Of a DNA stretch of 64,000 bases, positions 47,904 to 58,030 are shown one piece after another. Origin of the DNA: Thermoanaerobaculia bacterium. Its GTDB lineage: Bacteria; Acidobacteriota; Thermoanaerobaculia; Multivoradales; UBA5704. The notes beneath the pieces are model-generated. The model did no database searches, had not been told where the DNA came from, and saw only the letters and a list, made by a program, of their open reading frames with translations. Made by a program: the position numbers and the translations under genes. The stretch covers positions 223,213 to 287,212 of the forward strand of contig JBGAGQ010000001.1 in assembly GCA_044226625.1 (NCBI GenBank). The letters are read 5' to 3'. Each line of letters begins with the position of its first letter. Position 1 is the stretch's first letter.

Positions 47904-49264
47904 GCGCGGGCAAGAGCTCCATCGCCCGCGACGGCGCGCCGCCGGCCCGCCCCGCGCACGGGTTCCGCTTCCCGCCGTTCCTCCATCGACGGTTCGCAAA
48001 CGGCCTTCGGATCTACGCCGCGCGGCTGCCGCGGGTGCCTCTCGCGACGCTCGAGCTGGTCTTTCCGGCGGGCGGCCACTGGGACCCGGCGGGGCTTCCC
48101 GGCCTCGCGACGCTGTCGGCCTCGCTGATCGACGAGGGGACCGAGGCGAGCTCGTCGCTTGCGATCGCCCGCCGCGCCGAGGACCTCGGCGGGTACCTCG
48201 CGACCTACGCCGAGTGGGACTACGGAGCGGTCGAGGCCGGACTGCTCGCGACCGAGCTCGCCCCGGCGTTCGACCTGCTGATCGAGGTGGCGACGACGCC
48301 GACCTTCCCGCAGCGCGAGATCGATCGGGTAAAGAAGCTGCGCACGACCGAGCTCGAGCGGCGGCGTTTCGAGCCCGGCACGCTCGCCGACGAGCAGCTC
48401 GCCCGGGTGCTCTACGCGGGCACCCCCTACGCCGAATCGCCGCTCGGAACGATCGAGAGCATTTCCCGCGTCGGCCGTGACGAGGCGGCCGCGTTCTATC
48501 AGCGCCACTATCCGCTCGGCTCCGCGACCTTGATCGCGGTCGGCGACCTCGACCCGGAACGGATCGCCCGCACGATCGAAGAGCGGCTCGGCGGGGCGCC
48601 CGCCACGACGGCCCCCCCCGCGGCCGAGATCCTGCCCGCGCGGCGCGAGGGGGTCACGATCCACGTCATCGATCGTCCCGAGGCGGCCCAGACGGAGCTG
48701 CGGCTCGGCCACGCCGCGGTGGGCAGGCGCCATCCCGACTACGTGCCGCTGCTGCTCCTGAACACCCTGCTCGGCGGCAAGTTCACCAGCCGGATCAACC
48801 TGAACCTCCGCGAGCGGCACGGCTACACCTATGGCGCCTCGACTCGCCTGGGCGGCCGGCTCGGACCGGGGCCGTTCGCCGTCTCGACCGCCGTCGCGAT
48901 CGAGTCGACCGGCGCCGCGGCGCGCGAGGTCCTCTACGAGCTCGAAAGGATCCGGAGCGAGCCGGTCGAGGTCGACGAGATCGAGGAGACGCGGCGCTAC
49001 ATCACCGGGGTTTTCCCGTACTCGTCGCAGACGCTCTCGGACGTGGCGAAGCGGCTCGAGACGCTCGCGATCTACGACCTGCCCGACGACTACTACGACC
49101 GCTACCTCGAGCGAATCGGCAGCATCGATCGGGCCGAGCTGCTCGATCTCGCGCGCCGCCATCTCCATCCCGATCGGATCGCGATCGTCGCCGTCGGCCC
49201 CGCCGCGCGCATCGCGCCGCAGCTCGCCGCGCTCGGCCCCGTCGAGGTGATCTCGGTCGGCTGA
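47900..49264 (+). CDS. M16 peptidase, non-catalytic partner subunit
   Basis: GTGA overlap; lacks HxxEH; LGGKFTSRINLNLRERHGYTYG. Confidence 0.93.
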   Translation: MSAGKSSIARDGAPPARPAHGFRFPPFLHRRFANGLRIYAARLPRVPLATLELVFPAGGHWDPAGLPGLATLSASLIDEGTEASSSLAIARRAEDLGGYLATYAEWDYGAVEAGLLATELAPAFDLLIEVATTPTFPQREIDRVKKLRTTELERRRFEPGTLADEQLARVLYAGTPYAESPLGTIESISRVGRDEAAAFYQRHYPLGSATLIAVGDLDPERIARTIEERLGGAPATTAPPAAEILPARREGVTIHVIDRPEAAQTELRLGHAAVGRRHPDYVPLLLLNTLLGGKFTSRINLNLRERHGYTYGASTRLGGRLGPGPFAVSTAVAIESTGAAAREVLYELERIRSEPVEVDEIEETRRYITGVFPYSSQTLSDVAKRLETLAIYDLPDDYYDRYLERIGSIDRAELLDLARRHLHPDRIAIVAVGPAARIAPQLAALGPVEVISVG

Positions 49265-49330
49265 AACGGGCCGAAACCACAGCCCCGGCTCCCCCTACTC
49301 GCTCCCTCGAACCTGCTGGAGACGTCGACC

Positions 49331-50338
49331 ATGGACACCCGAAGCCTCGGCCGCACCGGCCTCAAGGTCTCCCCCCTCTGCCTCGGCGCGATGATGTTCG
49401 GCGCCTGGGGCAACACCGACCGGGCGGAGTGCATCCGCATCATCCACCGCGCGCTCGACGCGGGGATCAATTTCATCGACACCTCGAACAACTACTCCGC
49501 CGGAGAATCCGAGGAGATCGTGGGCGAGGCGCTCGCCGAGCGCCGGGCGCAGCGCGACGAGATCGTCCTCGCGACGAAGGTCTGGTCGCCGATGGGCCCG
49601 GGGGTCTACGAGCGCGGGAGCTCGCGCAAGGCGATCCAGCAGCAGGTCGAGGCCTCGCTCCGGCGCTTGAAAGTCGAGGCGATCGACCTCTACCAGACCC
49701 ATCGCCCCGATCCGACGACGCCGATCGAAGAGACGCTCTCGACCCTCACCGACCTGGTCCGCCAGGGGAAGGTGCGTTACCTCGGCTGCTCGACCAATCA
49801 CTACGACGGCGCCGGCCCTTGGGAAAAGCGGTACGCCGCCTGGGAGATCGTCGAGTCGCTCTGGGTCTCCGAGCGGCGCGGCTTCGAGCGCTACGTCTGC
49901 ATCCAGCCGCCGTACAGCATCCTGCGCCGGACGATGGAGCTCGACCACTTTCCCATGTCGTTGAAGCACGGCCTCGGCAACATCGTCTGGAGCCCGCTCG
50001 AGGGCGGCTGGCTCACCAGCAAGTACCGCCGCGGCCAGTCGAACCCGGCCGACACGAGCCGCGCGCGCAACTGGGTGGGCGACCTCGACAACCCGAAGTT
50101 CGAGCGGCGCCTGGACGTGGTGGAAAAGCTGCTGCCGATCGCCGAAGCGAAAGGGACCTCGCTCGCCCGCCTCGCGAACGCCTGGGCGCTCCGCCATCCC
50201 GCGGTCAGCTCGATCATCGTCGGCCCGCGCACGATGGAGCAGCTGGAAGACAGCCTCACCGTGGTCGACCTCCAGATCACCGACGACGAAGCGGCGGCGA
50301 TCGACGCGCTCGTTCCACCGGGAACCTCGGCCCTTTAA
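49331..50338 (+). CDS. Aldo/keto reductase
   Basis: LGRTGLKVSPLCLG, FIDTSNNY, SEEIVG, SLRRL..IDLYQ.H, WSPL.GG.L. Confidence 0.95.
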   Translation: MDTRSLGRTGLKVSPLCLGAMMFGAWGNTDRAECIRIIHRALDAGINFIDTSNNYSAGESEEIVGEALAERRAQRDEIVLATKVWSPMGPGVYERGSSRKAIQQQVEASLRRLKVEAIDLYQTHRPDPTTPIEETLSTLTDLVRQGKVRYLGCSTNHYDGAGPWEKRYAAWEIVESLWVSERRGFERYVCIQPPYSILRRTMELDHFPMSLKHGLGNIVWSPLEGGWLTSKYRRGQSNPADTSRARNWVGDLDNPKFERRLDVVEKLLPIAEAKGTSLARLANAWALRHPAVSSIIVGPRTMEQLEDSLTVVDLQITDDEAAAIDALVPPGTSAL

Positions 50339-50349
50339 AGCCCTTCGAT

Positions 50350-50419
50350 AGACCCGGCTCCGGCCGGGTCTCGTCCCGCAGGGACGACTCCGCGAGCGAG
50401 GGAATTCATTCCCTCGCTC
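50350..50419. repeat. Three consecutive hairpins (REP-like element)
   Basis: AGACCCGGC/GCCGGGTCT, TCGTCCC/GGGACGA, GAGCGAGGGAA/TTCCCTCGCTC. Confidence 0.65.
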
Positions 50420-50505
50420 CTTTCGCCCTCTCCGTACTTCAAGGCGTCTTCGCTCCCCGCCACGGCCGATCCGGGCGCGCGGCAGCCGCGTGCTATCGTT
50501 TTTCC

Positions 50506-52242
50506 ATGCTCCGGCGCATCCTTTCGAAATCGGCCGACCAGGTGCTGGTCGAGGAGCGCGCCGCGCTCGCCCGGTTGACCCAGGCCTTGTCTCACCTCGA
50601 CCCGGGCGCCGAGGACACGAAGACGCTCGCCGCCTCGGTGCGCCAGCTCGACGAGCTGTTCCTGCTCGTGGTCGCGGGTGAGTTCAACGCGGGGAAATCC
50701 GCGTTCATCAACGCGCTGCTCTCCGGCCGCGTGCTCGAAGAGGGGCCGACCCCCACGACGACGCGCATCCACGTTCTCCAATACGGTCCGGAGGTTGCGC
50801 GCGCGACGGCCGACGGTCTGATCGAAACCATTTCGGCGCCGGTCGAGCTGCTGCGCGAGATCCGCATCGTCGACACCCCCGGCACCAACGCGATCCATCG
50901 CGAGCACGAAGCGATCACCCGCGATTTCGTCCCCCGCTCCGACCTGGTGCTGTTCATCACCTCGGCCGACCGGCCGTTCACCGAGAGCGAGCGCGCCTTC
51001 CTCGAATCGATCCGCGATTGGGGGAAGAAGATCGTCCTGGTCCTGAACAAGATCGACCTGCTCGAGACGCCCGAGGATCTCGACAAGGTGCTCGCCTTCG
51101 TCGCGGAGAGCGCGCGGACCCTGCTCGGCTTCGCACCCGATCTCTTTCCGCTCTCGGGCAAGCAGGCGCAGAAAGCGAAGGAAACCGGCGATGAGGCGCT
51201 GCTCGCCCGCAGCCGTTTCGCCGCACTCGAGAGCTTCCTGGTCCGGACGCTCGACGAAAAAGAGCGCATCCGCCTCAAGCTGCGAAACCCGCTCGGCGTC
51301 GCGGCGCGCCTGGTCGAAAAATACCTTTCGCTCGCCGCGTCGCGCGCCACCCTGCTCGCCGACGACGTCGCGACCCTCGACGCGCTCGAACGCCAGCTCG
51401 CGCTCTACAAAGAAGACATGGGGCGCGAATTCCGCTTCCGCCTCGCCGACGTCGACAAGGTGCTCCACGAGCTCGAAAACCGCGGCGCCTCGTTCTTCGA
51501 CGAGCGGCTCCGGTTGGGCAAGGTGTTCGACCTGCTGAACAAGGAGAAGACCCGCGCCGACTTCGTCCGCGCGGTGGTGGCCGACGTCCCCCAGGCGATC
51601 GACCGGCGCGTCCACGAGGTGATCGACTGGATGATCGCCTCCGACCTGCGTCAGTGGCAGGCGATCTTGGAGTTGCTCGCGAAGCGGAGGGCGGCGCACG
51701 CGGACAAGATCGTCGGCGACACCGGCACGGGGAGCTTCGAGATCGACCGCAACCGGCTGCTCGAAAGCGTCGGCCGCGCGGCGCAACGCTCGGTCGAGAG
51801 CTTCGATCACGACCGCGAGGCGGAGCGTCTCGCCGAGTCGGTCAAAGGCGCGGTCGCCAACACCGCCCTGGTCGAAGTCGGCGCGCTCGGCCTCGGCGCC
51901 CTGCTCGTCCACCTCGCGGCGACCGCGGCGGCCGACTTCACCGGCATCGTCGCCGCGGGCACCGTCGCCGCCCTCGGCCTCTTCATCCTCCCCAGCCGCC
52001 GCGAAAAGGCGAAGCGGGAGCTCCGCGACAAGATCGAGACCCTACGGCAGAAGCTCATGTCCGCCCTCACCGAGCAATTCGACCGCGAGATCGAGCGGAG
52101 CCTCCACCGCATCGGCGAAGGGATGGGCCCCTACTCCCGCTTCGTCCGCTCCGAGCAGACCCACCTCGCCGAAACCCGAACCGTGCTCCAAGAGATCGAC
52201 GGCGTGCTCCGTCGCCTCGAAGGGGAGGTCGGGCGGCTGTAG
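50506..52242 (+). CDS. Bacterial dynamin-like GTPase
   Basis: G1 GEFNAGKS, G2 PTT, G3 DTPG, G4 NKID; helical stalk and hydrophobic paddle. Confidence 0.92.
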   Translation: MLRRILSKSADQVLVEERAALARLTQALSHLDPGAEDTKTLAASVRQLDELFLLVVAGEFNAGKSAFINALLSGRVLEEGPTPTTTRIHVLQYGPEVARATADGLIETISAPVELLREIRIVDTPGTNAIHREHEAITRDFVPRSDLVLFITSADRPFTESERAFLESIRDWGKKIVLVLNKIDLLETPEDLDKVLAFVAESARTLLGFAPDLFPLSGKQAQKAKETGDEALLARSRFAALESFLVRTLDEKERIRLKLRNPLGVAARLVEKYLSLAASRATLLADDVATLDALERQLALYKEDMGREFRFRLADVDKVLHELENRGASFFDERLRLGKVFDLLNKEKTRADFVRAVVADVPQAIDRRVHEVIDWMIASDLRQWQAILELLAKRRAAHADKIVGDTGTGSFEIDRNRLLESVGRAAQRSVESFDHDREAERLAESVKGAVANTALVEVGALGLGALLVHLAATAAADFTGIVAAGTVAALGLFILPSRREKAKRELRDKIETLRQKLMSALTEQFDREIERSLHRIGEGMGPYSRFVRSEQTHLAETRTVLQEIDGVLRRLEGEVGRL

Positions 52243-52346
52243 ATAGGGCTCGGGCGCCTCTTTCGGGGAACCATACAGAAGTCATAGGTCGCGTTACGTC
52301 TTAGGTCGTATTCGCCCCGCCAACTTCCCCGGGGCCGGAGAAAACC

Positions 52347-53171
52347 ATGACGGAATTCGACACCATCGGGTATTGGTCCGAGCTGAAGCTGGAGATCCTC
52401 GAAAAGTACGCCAAGGCGTATTCCACGATCCTGGCTGCGAAGACGCCCCTGCAGCACGTCAACATCGATGGCTTCTCCGGGGCCGGCACGCACGTCTCGC
52501 GCCAAACGGGTGCTCTCATTCCAGGCAGCCCGAGAAAAGCCCTGGAAATCTCGCCTCCCTTCCGGGAGTTCTTCTTCGTCGATTTGGACGGCGACAAAGT
52601 CGAGGCCCTTCAAGCCCTGGCAGGAGACCGCCCTGACGTCCACATCTTTCGCGGCGACTGCAACCGGGTTCTACTGCAGGAGGTCTTTCCACAGGTTCGG
52701 TACCGCGACTACCGGCGAGGCTTGTGCCTCTTGGATCCGTACGGTCTGCACCTGGACTGGAGGCTCCTCGTGGAGGCCGCGCGCCTCCAAACGATCGAGA
52801 TCTTCCTCAACTTCCCGGTCATGGACATGAATCGGAACGTCCTCTGGCGTGACCCGGACGGCGTGACGCCTGAGCAGCGAGCTCGGATGACGGCCTTTTG
52901 GGGCGACGAGTCGTGGCGGGGAATTGCGTATCAGCCCGCGGCCCAAGCGACCCTGTTCGGAGCCCCGGAGGCCGAGAAACAACCCAACGATGTTGTGGCC
53001 GACGCTTTTCGCACCCGGCTTCGGGAGATCGCGGGGTACGAGTACGTCCCTGCTCCTCTCCCGATGAGGAACCGGAGCCGGGCGGTGGTGTACTACCTGT
53101 TTTTCGCTTGCCACAAACCGGTCGCAGGAAAAATCGTCGAGCAGATCTTCAAGAAGTACCGAGACCGGTAG
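52347..53171 (+). CDS. tcmP: Three-Cys-motif partner protein (SAM-methyltransferase-like)
   Basis: G.WSELKLEILEKYAKAY, IDGFSGAG, GSP, GDCN, LDPYG, FWG..W, YYLFF. Confidence 0.9.
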   Translation: MTEFDTIGYWSELKLEILEKYAKAYSTILAAKTPLQHVNIDGFSGAGTHVSRQTGALIPGSPRKALEISPPFREFFFVDLDGDKVEALQALAGDRPDVHIFRGDCNRVLLQEVFPQVRYRDYRRGLCLLDPYGLHLDWRLLVEAARLQTIEIFLNFPVMDMNRNVLWRDPDGVTPEQRARMTAFWGDESWRGIAYQPAAQATLFGAPEAEKQPNDVVADAFRTRLREIAGYEYVPAPLPMRNRSRAVVYYLFFACHKPVAGKIVEQIFKKYRDR

Positions 53172-53889
53172 TCGGGCTTGGGGAGGCGGGCATCTGGCTC
53201 CAAATCCGTCCGTCGAGGTCTTTGCCGCCGGACTTCGAGTTCCGACCGCCCCACTGTTTGAAAAAGAAAGGGATTCCCGCGCGAACACATTGGGTTCGGA
53301 TGTCCCGAACCCATTCGGGGTCCATCGGCCGGTGCCCGCGCCCGCTTTCTCCCCCGACGATCACCCACGAGATCCCGTCGAGGGGCAGATCCGGAAGGGG
53401 GCCGAGCAACGGCTCCAACGAGAGGAAACGGACGGTCGCCGGCACCGTCCGTAATTTCTCGATTCGACCGAGGTATTTCTGGTTTTCGACGGAGACCCCC
53501 TGCCACACGTTACCCGGCCAGGGCAGATCGGACGCGATCTCAGCGAGCCGGTCCGCTCGCTTCGTCAGAACCTGGAAGGTGTGCCAGCTCGAACGACGCA
53601 TGGCGTCGAACACGCGAGCGATGTAGTCGAGCGGGACCTCCTCATGGAACAGATCGCTCATCGAATTGACGAAGATCAGACGGGGGCGCTTCCACCGAAG
53701 GGGCTCTTCGAGCTTCTCCGGAACTAGTCGAAGGTCGAATCCCTGTTCGTACGGATGACCGGGGATGCCCCGCCAGCGTTCGGCAAAGGTCTCTTCGTAG
53801 CAGTGCTTGCAGCCCGGGCTCACCTTCGTACAACCCCGCACGGGGTTCCAGGTCGCCTCGGTCCACTCGATGCCTGTCGACGGATTCAC
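53149..53889 (-). CDS. DUF5131 (phage Gp37/Gp68-like, three-Cys radical-SAM-like) protein
   Basis: IEWTEATWNPVRGCTKVSPGCKHCY, FVNSMSDLFH, LTKR, SLEPLLG, WVIVGGESG, FFFKQWGG. Confidence 0.95.
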   Translation of the reverse strand: MNPSTGIEWTEATWNPVRGCTKVSPGCKHCYEETFAERWRGIPGHPYEQGFDLRLVPEKLEEPLRWKRPRLIFVNSMSDLFHEEVPLDYIARVFDAMRRSSWHTFQVLTKRADRLAEIASDLPWPGNVWQGVSVENQKYLGRIEKLRTVPATVRFLSLEPLLGPLPDLPLDGISWVIVGGESGRGHRPMDPEWVRDIRTQCVRAGIPFFFKQWGGRNSKSGGKDLDGRIWSQMPASPSPTTGLGTS

Positions 53890-54028
53890 GCGGGTCTCCA
53901 GAAGAAAGTCTCCTCTGGATGATAAACGGATCGCGAAGGTCCGCGGCCGGCCCAACAGTCCCCACGGGACCCGGCCGGGGGCGACGCGAGACGCGCCGCC
54001 CTGGGTGAGGCCCCTTTTCAAAAGGCGC

Positions 54029-56521
54029 CTACGGCGCCGGCCGCCATTGGTTCAGGGTCCGGTTGTACTGAACCGTCACGTTCATCCCGTCGTCCGGATT
54101 GAGCAGGCGGATCGAGACCCAGGTGTTGGCGGGGAATCGGTCGCGGAGCGACGCTCCGGAACCGAGGATCAACCGCGTCGTTCCCTGGCGGGTCAGGTTG
54201 GTCCAAGGCTGGTTGGCGATCGAGACCTGGAGGGTGCCGTGGAAATTGCCGCCGTCGATTTGGAGCCGGAACGGGTTCGCGAGGCGAAGGACTCGAGAGA
54301 CTCTCGGCGGCTGGCCGGCGATGGCGATGACGCCGCTTTTGTCGCAGGTCGCGGTCGCCGCGGTGACTCGCAAGCTCCAGGTGTAAGAACCCGAAAGGCG
54401 ATAGGCGTGGTTGGGATTCTGGAGCGTCGAGGACTGCCCATCCCCGAACGCCCAAGCGAAGGTCGGTTGAACGCCGCAGTTGGTGGCGGTGGCGGTCGAG
54501 TTAAAAGCCACCGACGCCCCTTCCCGAGAATTCGCCGGCACGGTCGCGGTGCAGGCGAGGGTGCAACCCCCTCCGCCTCCGCCGCTCACCGTCACGCGAA
54601 CGGTTCCCAGGTTCGAGTCGATCGAGCCGTCCCAGGCCGCGAAAGTGAACGTGGCGATCCCGGCAAAGCCGGGCTCCGAGAAGTAGGTCGCGGTCCGGCC
54701 GACCAGGCCCACCGTGCCGTGCTCCGGCTGGGAGACGATCCGCAGCTCCAGCGGATCGTTGTCCGGATCGCCCGCCGCGAGCGGGATCGCGACGGATGCC
54801 GGGCTGCGGACCGCGGCATTGCCGTCGGTCACCTGCGCGGGCCGGTTGGGATTCGCGCGCTCGCTGCCCGGGCCGTCATGACAGGCGTAGCAGCCGATCC
54901 GGAATCCGCGCCAGAAATAGCGGCTACCGAATTCCGTATTGACCGTCCAGTCGGCTTGCGAACGGGAGAGCACCGTGCCGCGACTGTCCGCGCCGTGACA
55001 CGACTGGCAATTGACCAACGCCCGGGCCGGGCCGTCGCCTTCTCCGGATTCACCGTGGTGGCTTACCCACGAGGGGCCGACCGGATGCATGCCGTGCGGA
55101 CCGCCGAAGGTCGTGACCGGTGCCGCGCCGTGGCAGGCCGCGCATTCGGCCATCGTCCCTTTGTGCCCTTGGAGCAGGCTGCTTTGCACGTTGTCGTTCG
55201 CGTGGGACGACGGATACTCGGCGTGGGTCGAGCCGTGACAAGCCTCGCAAGCGAGACCGCCATGGCCGAACGAGAAACGGTACAGCGACAGGCCGGCGCC
55301 CGGCGTGTTCGGATTCGTCGCGAACGTGTCGTTCACCGGCATTCGAGGATGCCCCGGCGAAGTGAACGCGGTGTCGTAGCGGAGCTGCCCGGCGTTCTGG
55401 GTGGCCGTGCCGGTATGGCAACTCTGGCAATCGGGCTCTTCGAGCCAACCTTTTCGTCCGGCGGCGCCCACCTCGCTCATCGGACCGTGGCAGCCCTGAC
55501 ACTGGATTGCGAGCGAACCGTCGGGCGAGACGGAGGCGCCCATCGCGCCGCGCAGGCAGCGGGTGGTCGAGCCGGGATGACAGTTGTAGCACGCCGCCCG
55601 GTTGGCCGAAGCTTCGAGCGTCATGCCGTTCGCGGGATCGATCACACCGGCATGGCCTCCGTGAACCGCGGAGGTGAGCGGCGAGATCCCCGTATATCCC
55701 GTGCCGGGGAGCGCATTGGAGGCATGGCATCGCGCACAGAGGATGGGGACGCCCGCCTCGGCGGTCGCGGCCAGACCCTCCGGTCGGTAACCCGCGCGGG
55801 CGAGCGCGCTGGCGAAGAGGGCGCTTCCCCGCTGCTTTTCGTCGTGCAGACGAAGGATGTTGCGCCGGAAATCGCGCTCGCGGTTCGGGTCGTTCACCCA
55901 CCCGCCCGCGGGTCGCGCGGCGGGCGCGGAGCCCGAAGCGTGGCAGGCGGTGCAGGTCATCTCGTCGGAGACCGGCAGCACGATCGACGTGACCGCGAGC
56001 ACCGTTCCCGCGCTGTTCCGCGCCACCAACCGCATCATCGGATAGGGATTCTTGTGCCCCGCGTCGTCGTAGGGCGTGATCGGAATTCCCTCCGCCGTGA
56101 ACCACCCCATCGTGGCGTCCCAGATCATCGGTTGCGGACGGTTCGCGGATCCCGGCATGGTGAGCCCGGTGAGTCCCGCGTCGGGAGCCGGGGAGGCGCC
56201 GAACAGGGTTGATACGAACTGCCAGAAGTTGGTCTTCGCGCGCGAGGTCGTGTTGATCGAGCCGGCGCCGTCGCGCACGGCTTCATAGGTGACGGTGATT
56301 CCGGCGGGGCTCTTCACCAGTTTGCCGGAGCCGTCGATCAGTTGGGCGTGGATCGTGTTGTACGGAGGCAGGATGGAGAACAGCGAATAGTCGCTGTCCA
56401 TGCAATGCATGCCGAGGTTGTTCCAGCCGAGGAGTGTCCACTGGCCGGCGACGGCCGCCGCGCCCTGCGGAACCGCAAACAGGAGCACGGCCACGAGGAG
56501 GAGAGCCGAGGAAACTTTCAT
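54029..56521 (-). CDS. Secreted multiheme cytochrome c (9 CxxCH) with C-terminal Ig-like/PKD domains
   Basis: Signal peptide, [16 protein letters not shown]; CTACH, CARCH, CYNCH, CQGCH, CQSCH, CEACH, CAACH, CQSCH, CYACH; DPDNDPL..P.HG (Big-like) and WAFGDG (PKD). Confidence 0.93.
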   Translation of the reverse strand: MKVSSALLLVAVLLFAVPQGAAAVAGQWTLLGWNNLGMHCMDSDYSLFSILPPYNTIHAQLIDGSGKLVKSPAGITVTYEAVRDGAGSINTTSRAKTNFWQFVSTLFGASPAPDAGLTGLTMPGSANRPQPMIWDATMGWFTAEGIPITPYDDAGHKNPYPMMRLVARNSAGTVLAVTSIVLPVSDEMTCTACHASGSAPAARPAGGWVNDPNRERDFRRNILRLHDEKQRGSALFASALARAGYRPEGLAATAEAGVPILCARCHASNALPGTGYTGISPLTSAVHGGHAGVIDPANGMTLEASANRAACYNCHPGSTTRCLRGAMGASVSPDGSLAIQCQGCHGPMSEVGAAGRKGWLEEPDCQSCHTGTATQNAGQLRYDTAFTSPGHPRMPVNDTFATNPNTPGAGLSLYRFSFGHGGLACEACHGSTHAEYPSSHANDNVQSSLLQGHKGTMAECAACHGAAPVTTFGGPHGMHPVGPSWVSHHGESGEGDGPARALVNCQSCHGADSRGTVLSRSQADWTVNTEFGSRYFWRGFRIGCYACHDGPGSERANPNRPAQVTDGNAAVRSPASVAIPLAAGDPDNDPLELRIVSQPEHGTVGLVGRTATYFSEPGFAGIATFTFAAWDGSIDSNLGTVRVTVSGGGGGGCTLACTATVPANSREGASVAFNSTATATNCGVQPTFAWAFGDGQSSTLQNPNHAYRLSGSYTWSLRVTAATATCDKSGVIAIAGQPPRVSRVLRLANPFRLQIDGGNFHGTLQVSIANQPWTNLTRQGTTRLILGSGASLRDRFPANTWVSIRLLNPDDGMNVTVQYNRTLNQWRPAP

Positions 56522-56675
56522 AGGGCCTCCTTGAGGGTTGGCGCACCGGGGAGGTGCGCGCGAAAGCGGGATCCGGGGGTGGATCCGCAGAAGGCTTATC
56601 GGCCAGTGTAGGAAGAGCCCGAGAGGCTGCCCCCGCCCGGCCGGGCGGGGGCTCGACGCTCACCGGGTAGGGGAA

Positions 56676-57281
56676 TCAGCGACGGAAGGTCGCGACCAGA
56701 CGAGGTGGCTCGCCCCGCTCGATCCGGCCGTCGAGACCGACGGTTTCGAAAACCTTGCCAACCCGCTCGGCCCGAGGGTGGACGAACGCGAGCGATTCGA
56801 GCTCCAGAGCGGGGGCCAGCGATCGCGCCGGGTGCTCTTCCGGGTTCTTCCAACGGATGAAGAACGGCACGACCCCGCCCTCGGTCTCGTCGGGAAAGAG
56901 CGTCCACCATTCGAGCAGCGAGCCGTCCGGCCGTCGGCGGGAGCCGGGCAGGATGTCCGAGTGTCGACGATCCAGCCGGTCCAGGGCGGAGGCGATCGGT
57001 GCGAGGTCGTCCGCCCGGGCGGCCCAGGTAGCGAGCCTCGGCTCGGAGAGATCGGCGAGCCAGGCGAACGGCGGCGCGAGGCCCGCCCCTGCGGGATCGG
57101 GGGCGATGACTTCGAGGTAGCGCCCGTCGCCCAAGCCGAGCAGGGCGTTATGCGTGCCGAGTCCCGGATGCCGTCCACCCGGCGACGGCGTGACGCCGTA
57201 ACGCTCCGCGATCCAGGCCACGCCGGCCGCGAGATCGGGAGCACCGATCAATAGGTGGTCGAGCGCTGGAGGAAAGCTCAC
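56676..57281 (-). CDS. VOC family (glyoxalase-like) protein
   Basis: LDHLLIG..DL, GGRHPGLGTHNALL, YLEVIAPDP, PFFIRW...HP. Confidence 0.9.
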   Translation of the reverse strand: MSFPPALDHLLIGAPDLAAGVAWIAERYGVTPSPGGRHPGLGTHNALLGLGDGRYLEVIAPDPAGAGLAPPFAWLADLSEPRLATWAARADDLAPIASALDRLDRRHSDILPGSRRRPDGSLLEWWTLFPDETEGGVVPFFIRWKNPEEHPARSLAPALELESLAFVHPRAERVGKVFETVGLDGRIERGEPPRLVATFRR

Positions 57282-57682
57282 GCCCAGCCTCCACCCCAGA
57301 GCGTCGGCGGCGCGAGCTCGACGCTGTTGCCGCCGGGATCGCGGAGATAGATCGACCTCCCCCCCACCTCCCAGGCGACCTCGGTCTCGATCTCGACGCC
57401 GCACTCCGCGAGGTGCTCGCGCCAGGCCGGCAGCTCCTCTTCCGCCGCGAGGAACGCGAGGTGGCCACGACCTTCTACGCCGTGGCTCGGAACGAGCGCG
57501 TGCACTCCTCGCGTCTCGTCGGGGTTGAAGAGCAGGAGCACGCCTGCGCCGCATCGGAGCGCCACGCCGCGCGGCGAGAAGTCGGAGAGGACCTCGAGGC
57601 CGAACACCCGGCGATAGAACGCGACCGTCGCGGCGAGGTCTCGGGCATACAGGCAAGATTCGAAGATTCGCTCGGCGCGCAA
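57278..57682 (-). CDS. VOC family protein
   Basis: ESCLYARDL...FY..VFGL, HLAF, SIYLRDPGGNSVEL; TTG start. Confidence 0.9.
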   Translation of the reverse strand: MRAERIFESCLYARDLAATVAFYRRVFGLEVLSDFSPRGVALRCGAGVLLLFNPDETRGVHALVPSHGVEGRGHLAFLAAEEELPAWREHLAECGVEIETEVAWEVGGRSIYLRDPGGNSVELAPPTLWGGGWA

Positions 57683-57725
57683 AGAGAGCCCTTTCTCTCA
57701 GATGTTGGGTCGAGTTCCTTATGGG

Positions 57726-57906
57726 GTGGGAGCGCCCGAAGGACTCCCGCAGGCGCAGCCTCTCTTCCTCCCCCACTTGCGGGGGAGGACCGAGGTGGGG
57801 GCCCTCAGGAAGAACCACAAAGCCCCCCTCCTGGCCTCCCCCCGCAAGCAGGGGGAGGGACCTGCTTACGAGGGTCGAACACAGTGGGAGCGCCCGAAGA
57901 ACTCCC
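57726..57906. repeat. Composite intergenic element: 23-bp direct repeats flanking an inverted pair of GC-rich hairpin units
   Basis: GTGGGAGCGCCCGAAG(G/A)ACTCCC at 57726 and 57884; between them CTCCCCCACTTGCGGGGGAGG..GGGGGC and GCCCCC..CCTCCCCCCGCAAGCAGGGGGAGG. Confidence 0.75.
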
Positions 57907-58030
57907 TCAGCCATTGGGTTTCTAATCTATCTCCGCCTCGATCCGAATGCGAAACCTGACCTCGCGGCGGCGATTTTCTCGCGTCTAGGGCTGGAGTTCG
58001 GCACCGGCCGCAGGCGCCGTGAGGAATGCC

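Noticed and set aside
53149-53889. Prophage, based on the Gp37/Gp68-like gene
   Set aside because: No structural, replication or integration phage genes nearby
53807-56212. Long antisense/shadow ORFs (also 289-1488, 10985-12832, 18828-21026, 60551-63202)
   Set aside because: Expected opposite high-GC genes; Arg/Ala/Pro-rich with no motifs
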